This document shows positions 26,955 to 33,506 of a stretch of DNA of 33,506 nt, one piece after another (the first letter of the stretch is position 1; each line of letters starts with the position of its first letter). The notes under the pieces were generated by a model, which made no database searches, was not told the origin of the DNA, and saw nothing but the letters and a program-made list of their open reading frames with translations. Made by a program: the position numbers and the translations under genes. Source of the stretch: a virus (taxonomy: Duplodnaviria > Caudoviricetes); IMG/VR virus record IMGVR_UViG_3300037692_000213, positions 1-33,506 of that record; one strand, written 5' to 3'.

Positions 26955-27902
26955 ATGCCTGATAAGGACAACTTACGGCTTGAACCATATCCAACGACAA
27001 CAACCATTGATGACACAGATCATATGTGGGTACAAAATGCTGATGGTACCGATATGAAAATTACTGGTGCATCAGTTAAGTCTGTCATGATGGGCGTAGT
27101 TCTTGCCGACGATACATCGCCACAATTAGGCGGCGACTTAGACTTAGATGGTAATGCTATCGATTTTCCGACAACTCCTAATATTAGCGATTGTTTGGAT
27201 GAAGATAACATGGCATCTGATTCTGCGACTAAACTTGCAACACAGCAATCAATCAAAGCTTATGCAGATACCAAGCTTGCTACAGCGGCAACAACCCTTG
27301 CCGGTGCTGGTTTCTTCTTGGATGAAGACGATATGGCAACTGACAGTGCTACAAAAGTTCCTTCACAACAAAGCGTAAAAGCTTATGTTGGCAGCGGCAC
27401 AGTGGTGATGACAAATAAAACTTTGACATCACCTGCACTTAATACACCTGCAATCAATGGTACAACTCACTATGTTGCAACAGGAACTATTGGCACTGCA
27501 GATGTTCTTCAGTTGAATGCAACGCCCGTTGAGGTCATTGCTACACCTGGCGCGAATAAAGCAATCGTTGTTGATGAGATTCAACTGTTTCTCGATTACG
27601 GTTCTGCGACTTATGTTGCGGATGCTGGCGACGACCTGACTGTTGAATATTCTGGCGGTGCTGATATTGCTGTAATCGATAATGATGCAGTAACATTTTT
27701 GACTGCCGTTGCAGATGCTCATTGGATGGGTAGAAATTTCACACTATATGATGCTTCCGTTGCCGGTACTGGTGATGGTGTGCTTTTGTCATCTTTCGAC
27801 AATGAAGGTGTACAAATTAGCATCGCAAACAGTGAAGTAATTACAGGTGATAGTGATTTGAAATATAGAATCACATATCATGTTGTTAGTTACTTAGCTT
27901 AA
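26955..27902 (+). CDS. virion structural protein (head decoration/fiber-like) with two LDED.MA.DSATK..QQS.KAY repeats
   Basis: Fiber-type motifs DTSPQLGGDLD, repeated DEDNMASDSATK and TNKTLTSP; located between scaffold and capsid genes. Confidence 0.65.
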   Translation: MPDKDNLRLEPYPTTTTIDDTDHMWVQNADGTDMKITGASVKSVMMGVVLADDTSPQLGGDLDLDGNAIDFPTTPNISDCLDEDNMASDSATKLATQQSIKAYADTKLATAATTLAGAGFFLDEDDMATDSATKVPSQQSVKAYVGSGTVVMTNKTLTSPALNTPAINGTTHYVATGTIGTADVLQLNATPVEVIATPGANKAIVVDEIQLFLDYGSATYVADAGDDLTVEYSGGADIAVIDNDAVTFLTAVADAHWMGRNFTLYDASVAGTGDGVLLSSFDNEGVQISIANSEVITGDSDLKYRITYHVVSYLA

Positions 27903-27932
27903 TAAGATTAAAGGAATAATAAAATTAATTAA

Positions 27933-29099
27933 ATGTCATTCGATACAACAGTCGGGAAATTTCTTACTTCCGATTCTAGCTATCTAACAGACGACATCAA
28001 GGCAATTGCCACTCTTGTTGAAGGTGCAAATACCAGAACATGGGATTTGTTTCGAGAAGGGGAGTCAGCAAAATCAGTTACCATTACATGGTATGATGCG
28101 CTTTCAAACTCACTACAAGGTGCTGTTGGCGCTGCTACGTGGTCAGATGGTAGTACTAAAACCGGACTTGATGTTTCAGCGACTACTTCAAAAATTGTCA
28201 ATGTTGGCGATGTATTACTTGTTGAAGATGAACAAGTAATCGTTGCCGCAGTAGACAGAACTGCTAATACCATTGATGTAGTAGCACGTGGTCATGGTTC
28301 AACAACTGGCGCATCACATGCTGCTGGTAAAGTAATCTACATTGTTGGATCAGCACAGGTCGAAGGAACTGTAGATGGGGATTCTATCATTGAAGACAAT
28401 GAACAGAACCTGAACTATGTTCAACTATTTCAGGAACCAATCAGCTGGTCACGAACTTCAGCAAATCAATCATACGATGATATGACTTCATTGCGTGTTG
28501 ATGCTGAAAAGAAAGCAATGTCAAGAATGCTTAAAAAGCTTAATTTGACTGCTTTGCTTGGAGAACCAGTCGCACGCACTGGCACTACTGCTGGCACTGC
28601 TGGTGGGCTTTCACATTACATCATTAATGCAACTGGTGCTAACACAGTATCTGTTGGCGGTTCTTTAAGTGAAGACAAACTCAAGACCTTACTTGAAGCA
28701 ATTGCTAGTGACGGTGGACAGCCAAACGTATTGCTTTGCAGTCCTTCCGATAAAGCAATAATCAACACATGGAATCTTGCTGCTAATACTGCCGCTGCAA
28801 CTCGCACGGTAACTACTAGACAGGACAGAGGAGCTGGAAACATAGTTGATTACTATGATTCTGAAGCACTCGGTAGATTGGAGATCATTGTTGATCCTCT
28901 TCTTATGTCAACACGTGGTGAACTTTATGTGTTGAACACACAGAAGATAGCAAGACATTGGTTTGTAAACGATGCTTTGCGTTTCGAGATGGAACCTTCA
29001 AATAGTCGTTCTTTTGCAGAAACCTTACAGGGTCAATGCACATTCTCAATTAAGGATGCAGGAATTGACTTTGGCGCTCTGTACGGAATTACTCACTAG
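27933..29099 (+). CDS. major capsid protein (HK97 fold, DUF5309-like) with inserted beta domain
   Basis: NYVQLFQEPI, AGGL..YI and Y.S..LG.L.IIVDP motifs; followed by a strong hairpin. Confidence 0.85.
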   Translation: MSFDTTVGKFLTSDSSYLTDDIKAIATLVEGANTRTWDLFREGESAKSVTITWYDALSNSLQGAVGAATWSDGSTKTGLDVSATTSKIVNVGDVLLVEDEQVIVAAVDRTANTIDVVARGHGSTTGASHAAGKVIYIVGSAQVEGTVDGDSIIEDNEQNLNYVQLFQEPISWSRTSANQSYDDMTSLRVDAEKKAMSRMLKKLNLTALLGEPVARTGTTAGTAGGLSHYIINATGANTVSVGGSLSEDKLKTLLEAIASDGGQPNVLLCSPSDKAIINTWNLAANTAAATRTVTTRQDRGAGNIVDYYDSEALGRLEIIVDPLLMSTRGELYVLNTQKIARHWFVNDALRFEMEPSNSRSFAETLQGQCTFSIKDAGIDFGALYGITH

Positions 29100-29107
29100 T
29101 CATTTAT

Positions 29108-29139
29108 TTAGAGGAGTGATAGAAATATCACTCCTCTAA
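29108..29139 (+). terminator. perfect 14-bp hairpin with GAAA tetraloop after capsid gene
   Basis: TTAGAGGAGTGATA-GAAA-TATCACTCCTCTAA; no U-tract. Confidence 0.7.
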
Positions 29140-29162
29140 GGATTAAATAATAACTTAAATCA

Positions 29163-29441
29163 ATGAAAGTACATGTAAACGTAACGGCACAATACGTCGG
29201 AGATTATCTGATGAAACAAGGTGAAAATGAAGTGCCAAAAAACTTGGAAAAAGAAGTTGAAAAATTATATGAATCTGAAAGCCTGAAAGCTAAACGTAGC
29301 TTTGATATTATCGAAGAACCAGTTGAAGTACAGAGTAAACCAGAAGAACCAACTGAAGAAGTTGTTTCAGATATTATCGAAGAACCAGTTGAAGTTGTTG
29401 AAAAAAAGATATCTAAAAGAGGAAGAAAACCTAAAAAATAA
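29163..29441 (+). CDS. small head-region protein, acidic repeat and basic tail
   Basis: DIIEEPVEV twice; KRGRKPKK end. Confidence 0.7.
   Translation: MKVHVNVTAQYVGDYLMKQGENEVPKNLEKEVEKLYESESLKAKRSFDIIEEPVEVQSKPEEPTEEVVSDIIEEPVEVVEKKISKRGRKPKK
29304..29395 (+). repeat. 26-nt perfect direct repeat (2 copies)
   Basis: GATATTATCGAAGAACCAGTTGAAGT at 29304 and 29370. Confidence 0.9.
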
Positions 29442-29443
29442 TT

Positions 29444-29719
29444 ATGAACACGCCAATTAATTTTCAAAAAACCGTAACTACTGCTGGTACCGCAGAAACA
29501 TTGATATCAACAAATGAATACGGATATGTAATTGTTAAAGCACTAGAGTCTAATACCAGCAATATATATGTAGGTGATTCTGATGTAACGAGTGCAAATG
29601 GATACATATTAGAGTCCGGAGAATCTATATCTATCGCACTTGATGGCATCAATAAAGTATATATTGATTCTGACGTAAACGGTGAGGGCGTTTCTGCGTT
29701 CGGTGTAGTACAAAAATAA
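29444..29719 (+). CDS. small beta-sandwich virion protein
   Basis: VTTAGTAE.L, N...IYVG...V...NG..L..GES; head module. Confidence 0.65.
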   Translation: MNTPINFQKTVTTAGTAETLISTNEYGYVIVKALESNTSNIYVGDSDVTSANGYILESGESISIALDGINKVYIDSDVNGEGVSAFGVVQK

Positions 29720-29739
29720 GGGATAGTATAAATAATATC

Positions 29740-32181
29740 ATGAAAATAATCATACCACCTATTCCAAGCGTACCCTCAAGGATGAATAAGCTTGCTTCTG
29801 ATTTGCTTGGCGGGAAAAAAGGAGAAGCACTAAGGATAGGAGATACAACTGACACTACAATTGGCAACATAAGATTACATAGCAACAAGCTTGAATTTTA
29901 TAATGGTTCAGCATGGGTAAATATCGGTAGTATATCTCAGTGGAAAGAGCCAGTAAACACACCTGCAGACTTGCCTTTAACTGGCAATACAATTGGCGAT
30001 ATGCGTCTTGTTATTGATGATGGTGACGGAAAGGCGGCAATGTACCAATGCAAGGCTACAACGGGTAATCTTGCAGCACAATGGAATAAAATTTCTGATG
30101 TAGATTGGAGTACGGCGATTTTAGATGAAGACTTTTCCGGTGATGACGGCGTTATGGTAAAAACCGGCGCGGGCACGTATACGCTCATAAAAAACAAATG
30201 GGACGGCACAGCGGCGCCAACAGTCAATGATGATACAGATGGAGGATATTCAGTTGGTTCAAGGTGGCTGGATTTAACTAATTCTGAAGAATACGTGTGC
30301 ATGGACGCTACAGATGGTGCCGCGGTCTGGACGGAAACTACAGGTGCAGGATCTGTGCCAGGAGATCCAACTGTTGTGACAAGCGAAGCAGAATTAGCGG
30401 CGGCGGCGACTGCTGGCGATAATAATATCTTGGTTGATGGACAGATTACTCTTACTGGTGACATTACATTTCCAACTGATCCAGTGACTAAAGGCTGTAC
30501 TTCTCTTAAAATATGCGGAACTACACCTGATTCTAAGATTAACTTTGGAAGAGCGTATTCTATTAACATTATCGGAACTGTTGGCGAGAAATACCAGTCA
30601 ATAGAAGTGTGCAATTTGCAAGTTGGAGGATTCGCCACAGCTTCAAGCGAAGGCGCGGCATTTGAGATTAACTATATCGATTCAAATAATGGACTTAATG
30701 TTTATTTCCATGATATATTTGGCACAACAGAATCTAGCGACAGTGGTTCTGCGTTATTGCACCTCGGGACTAATGCTATTGGTAAAGTCAAAATTAATGA
30801 TGTATATCTTGCGGAGTCTAGTACGTCAATAATGTATACAGCAGACCATATGGATTTTTCAGTCGGTACGAAAATGCTTATATTCGATAATTGCTATACG
30901 GCAGCAATATCGGTCATAAAAGGATCATCGCACAGGTCGGTTACAGGTATAATTGTATCGAGTTGTCCGTTGTTTAAAATTGATGATACAACAGACGACG
31001 TAACATACAAAGACTCGATCTTTATCAACACTAAAATCGCCGAGGCTGATTTTTATACTGGTACAACTGGTAATAATTTCACGAACTGTACATTCTTAGC
31101 TTCGACAATCGACTTCACTACAGAATTAAACAGATATGCAAATATCTTTAATGCTTGCTCGGTCGGGTCATCAGTACCATACCAAGCATATTCTCTGAAT
31201 GAAGACTTAAGGAAATACACATGTACCTCGACTGAAGCTGTTGGCAATTTGGTATATGCCACAAGTACTGCTGATACGGTAAATCAAGCTGATGCGACTA
31301 CTAGTAAAATTCCGTTCGGACTTATTGCATACAAGCCTAGTTCAACGACATGCTGGGTTAAACATAATGGTATTATGGGCGGTTATTCAGGACTCACCGC
31401 TGGAGGTAAGGTATATTCAACTGCATCAGGTGGAATTACTCAAACTTCAAATGGGACTGCTCCTGTAGGTGTAGCGATCAGTGCTACTGAAGTAATGTTT
31501 AACATTACAGTGTCTGGCACTGATGTTGCTTACGGGGCTATGTATCTTGACGATAACTCAACCGCACAGGTTATCGAAACCGCGAACACTCCAATTCCAA
31601 TTCAGAACTTCACGTTTCAAACTGCTTTATATGGCGGACTTAAAAAACAAGAGGCGTCAACGGGCGCTATCACTGAGTATTCGGATTACAGCGGGACTAT
31701 GGCTGGCACTACCCTTGTCACGTCTACCGGTCACGGGCTTACAACAGGTGAAACTATATATATCCGTGGCACTACAAATTACAACGGAAGACATGTTGCA
31801 TATGTAGTAAGCAATGATACGTTCTATATCGATACTGCTTATGTTGCCGACGATGGCGCGAGTGACTGGGACTCTCCTGATGGGTTTATACCTTATGCGG
31901 AAGGTGTGTACAAAGTGTGTTACGAGTTAGATGTTTTAGAGGCTACTCCGTCAGGCGGCACATTGACGTTTAGTTTGCACGGAACAGACTACTATGAAAC
32001 GCAGAGTAAAAGAGTTCACGTAATGAGCGATGCGGTTACTGCACACGTAACAGGAATAGCATATTACAACGCGGCTACGATCGAACCATTTGCTCCGTTA
32101 TTTCACATTACAGTCGAAAGCGACAGTACTAATAACATAACATGCTCCAATGGTATTATGACAGTAGAAAAACTTAACTAA
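29740..32181 (+). CDS. large multidomain fiber/adhesin-like virion protein (813 aa)
   Basis: T/G/S-rich mosaic: PTVNDD...GYSVGSRW module, beta-helix-like middle, GLTAG..VY...G module and HGL.TG..IYI.G module. Confidence 0.7.
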   Translation: MKIIIPPIPSVPSRMNKLASDLLGGKKGEALRIGDTTDTTIGNIRLHSNKLEFYNGSAWVNIGSISQWKEPVNTPADLPLTGNTIGDMRLVIDDGDGKAAMYQCKATTGNLAAQWNKISDVDWSTAILDEDFSGDDGVMVKTGAGTYTLIKNKWDGTAAPTVNDDTDGGYSVGSRWLDLTNSEEYVCMDATDGAAVWTETTGAGSVPGDPTVVTSEAELAAAATAGDNNILVDGQITLTGDITFPTDPVTKGCTSLKICGTTPDSKINFGRAYSINIIGTVGEKYQSIEVCNLQVGGFATASSEGAAFEINYIDSNNGLNVYFHDIFGTTESSDSGSALLHLGTNAIGKVKINDVYLAESSTSIMYTADHMDFSVGTKMLIFDNCYTAAISVIKGSSHRSVTGIIVSSCPLFKIDDTTDDVTYKDSIFINTKIAEADFYTGTTGNNFTNCTFLASTIDFTTELNRYANIFNACSVGSSVPYQAYSLNEDLRKYTCTSTEAVGNLVYATSTADTVNQADATTSKIPFGLIAYKPSSTTCWVKHNGIMGGYSGLTAGGKVYSTASGGITQTSNGTAPVGVAISATEVMFNITVSGTDVAYGAMYLDDNSTAQVIETANTPIPIQNFTFQTALYGGLKKQEASTGAITEYSDYSGTMAGTTLVTSTGHGLTTGETIYIRGTTNYNGRHVAYVVSNDTFYIDTAYVADDGASDWDSPDGFIPYAEGVYKVCYELDVLEATPSGGTLTFSLHGTDYYETQSKRVHVMSDAVTAHVTGIAYYNAATIEPFAPLFHITVESDSTNNITCSNGIMTVEKLN

Positions 32182-32186
32182 AAAAT

Positions 32187-32366
32187 ATGATACTACCTGA
32201 TTCATTGGCTTTTCTGGGTTCGACTAGGTTTTGGAAGCTTGTACTCGCCGCTTCCCTGATTGTACTTGGAAATTATGGCGTAATTGACATGGCGCTAGCA
32301 GAGATCATTGCAGGCGCGCTAGGAATATCAATTACAATCAGAACCGTTGACCGTGCATACGAGTAA
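32187..32366 (+). CDS. holin-like two-TM protein (59 aa)
   Basis: MILPDSLAFLGSTRFWKLVLAASLIVLGNYGVIDMALAEIIAGALGISITIRTVDRAYE*; S-R-FW start; TTAA at -13. Confidence 0.6.
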   Translation: MILPDSLAFLGSTRFWKLVLAASLIVLGNYGVIDMALAEIIAGALGISITIRTVDRAYE

Positions 32367-32449
32367 TTGCTAGATACGTTTTGTAATAAATTACAAGTTC
32401 TCTATATATAACAAATGTATAGTCACTTTTTGAAATATCATTACTACCC

Positions 32450-32478
32450 TTGACATGGTGTCGATTGTGTGTGATAAT
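32450..32478 (+). promoter_or_regulatory. sigma70 promoter
   Basis: TTGACA-N17-GATAAT. Confidence 0.75.
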
Positions 32479-32501
32479 AAGCGTGCATTAATCCAAAAAC
32501 C

Positions 32502-32579
32502 ATGAAGACACTTTTAATCATTTCGTTTTACTGTTTAACGCTTTTCTGGTTTACTCATGTACTTAGCATACTTGCATGA
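32502..32579 (+). CDS. 25-aa hydrophobic peptide
   Basis: MKTLLIISFYCLTLFWFTHVLSILA*; first ORF after promoter, TTAATC at -14, ATGA overlap downstream. Confidence 0.6.
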   Translation: MKTLLIISFYCLTLFWFTHVLSILA

Positions 32580-32767
32580 AAAACTATATTATTACTACAT
32601 ATATCAAGGGAAAAGATCCCGAGGTATATGAAAGACTAACAAGATCAAGTGCGATGACAGTTTTTGATACTGAAAGACAATTCATAAGCATGATTAAGGT
32701 TCCGGCGAGAGTTGATCTTGAAGTTTCTGATACAGTTACAAGATTAATAAAATCAATTAATAACTAA
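32576..32767 (+). CDS. hypothetical protein
   Basis: 63-aa ORF, coupled start. Confidence 0.65.
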   Translation: MKNYIITTYIKGKDPEVYERLTRSSAMTVFDTERQFISMIKVPARVDLEVSDTVTRLIKSINN

Positions 32768-32769
32768 AA

Positions 32770-32970
32770 ATGAAGAATTTATTATCAGTATGCGAAGGTG
32801 GCTGGGGTAAGTCCTCGGATCATAAAAAAGATCATCATGACAGGAGATGTAGATACTCGCATATTTTGACCAAAAAGGAAGACATGCCGAAAAGTAATTC
32901 AGGAAAAGTACAGTTATCTCATGGTGCATGCGAAAGTTGCAGAACATCAATGCTTGAGTCACTAAAGTAA
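32770..32970 (+). CDS. small Cys/His-rich putative Zn-binding protein
   Basis: SVCE...C...SHGACESC; TTAA at -13. Confidence 0.65.
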   Translation: MKNLLSVCEGGWGKSSDHKKDHHDRRCRYSHILTKKEDMPKSNSGKVQLSHGACESCRTSMLESLK

Positions 32971-32991
32971 TTTATTATTAATTTAAACAAT

Positions 32992-33078
32992 ATGTTCGGA
33001 GGCGAAGATGAAGACTCTCTATCGTCAGTATCTGCTAATGACTGGAGTAATGGCGGTCAAGCTGATCGAGACGACTGA
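32992..33078 (+). CDS. 28-aa acidic peptide
   Basis: MFGGEDEDSLSSVSANDWSNGGQADRDD*; TTAA at -14; followed by a hairpin. Confidence 0.45.
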   Translation: MFGGEDEDSLSSVSANDWSNGGQADRDD

Positions 33079-33081
33079 TCA

Positions 33082-33100
33082 CGGGCGGTAATTCCGCCCG
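33082..33100 (+). terminator. GC-rich hairpin
   Basis: CGGGCGG-TAATT-CCGCCCG; no U-tract. Confidence 0.55.
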
Positions 33101-33141
33101 AACAAATAAGTAACTTTAAAATATTACATTAAAAAAACATT

Positions 33142-33333
33142 ATGAAAAAACTACTATTTTTACTACCACTTTTCTTACTAACGGGATGCGACAACGGATT
33201 TCATGCACTGCAAGTCGGTGCAGTTAATGAGCACGGAGATCCTATCTATCACAGTTACTTTGCCGACGAAAGCGTTGTCTATAAGTGCAACGAAGTATCC
33301 GGTAAGAAGATTTGTTATGACGAAAACTTATGA
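33142..33333 (+). CDS. small lipoprotein
   Basis: MKKLLFLLPLFLLTGC lipobox signal. Confidence 0.75.
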   Translation: MKKLLFLLPLFLLTGCDNGFHALQVGAVNEHGDPIYHSYFADESVVYKCNEVSGKKICYDENL

Positions 33334-33506
33334 TCAGGACACTACTGCTTAGCATCATAATGACGTTTCAGTCTAATTCTATTGATCAATTACTTGATCA
33401 AAGAGCGTCAACCGAACTGATCGGAACTCAAAAAGAGTGGGTAGAATACGCCTGGCAATATGGCATCAAGCCGGAAGTCGGCGTGTGTATTGCGGTTGCC
33501 GATACT
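33330..33506 (+). CDS. exported protein, possibly lysozyme-like fold (3' truncated)
   Basis: MIRTLLLSIIMTF...AWQYGIKPEVGVCIAVADT resembles the start of lysozyme/glucosaminidase-like domains. Confidence 0.45.
   Translation, partial: MIRTLLLSIIMTFQSNSIDQLLDQRASTELIGTQKEWVEYAWQYGIKPEVGVCIAVADT

Noticed and set aside
4400-29230. CTGATGA hammerhead-core matches
   Set aside because: The matches I checked fall inside coding regions without the required flanking stems and GAAA geometry.
29304-29395. 26-nt repeat with 40-nt spacer as a mini-CRISPR array
   Set aside because: Only two copies, in frame within an ORF encoding DIIEEPVEV twice, not palindromic, and no cas genes or leader.
342-31262. Minus-strand and alternate-frame ORFs in the supplied track (e.g. 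29937..30638, 13606..14034, 4684..5073)
   Set aside because: They lie within well-supported + strand genes and look like antisense shadows with no motifs.
1-33506. Stop-codon reassignment (TGA=Gly code 25 or TAG recoding), plausible for CPR-associated phages
   Set aside because: Long genes are intact under code 11, TGA stops form ATGA overlaps (8053, 8439, 16861, 20428, 21675, 32576, 33330), and TAG ends the tail tube and capsid genes right before hairpins.
1-33506. Prophage boundaries or lysogeny module
   Set aside because: No integrase, repressor, att-like repeat or host housekeeping genes are visible, so lifestyle cannot be determined from this window.

Overview
A 33.5 kb, AT-rich piece of a tailed dsDNA phage genome of siphovirus type (long tape measure, no sheath), read with the standard code, with nearly all genes on the + strand and partial genes at both ends. 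Order: early/replication-recombination genes (1-8.6 kb), neck and tail (8.7-20.0 kb), lysis (20.0-21.1 kb), terminase, portal and head (21.8-32.2 kb), then more small early-type genes (32.4-33.5 kb). The tail module therefore precedes the packaging/head module. No integrase, repressor or DNA polymerase is visible. A sigma70-r4 + HARE-HTH protein, CAP/CHAP exported proteins, an SLH-like endolysin tail and the absence of Shine-Dalgarno sites suggest a Patescibacteria (CPR) host, which is inference. The most striking signals are at the RNA/translation level: a fixed-position (T)TAA motif 13-14 nt upstream of most start codons; two similar H-type pseudoknots ahead of the tail-tube and scaffold genes; a long hairpin whose loop carries that motif plus a Met-His-stop minigene; a T-loop-like structured RNA candidate; and a -1 frameshift in the tail chaperone. 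All protein assignments come from motif recognition by eye, not database searches.
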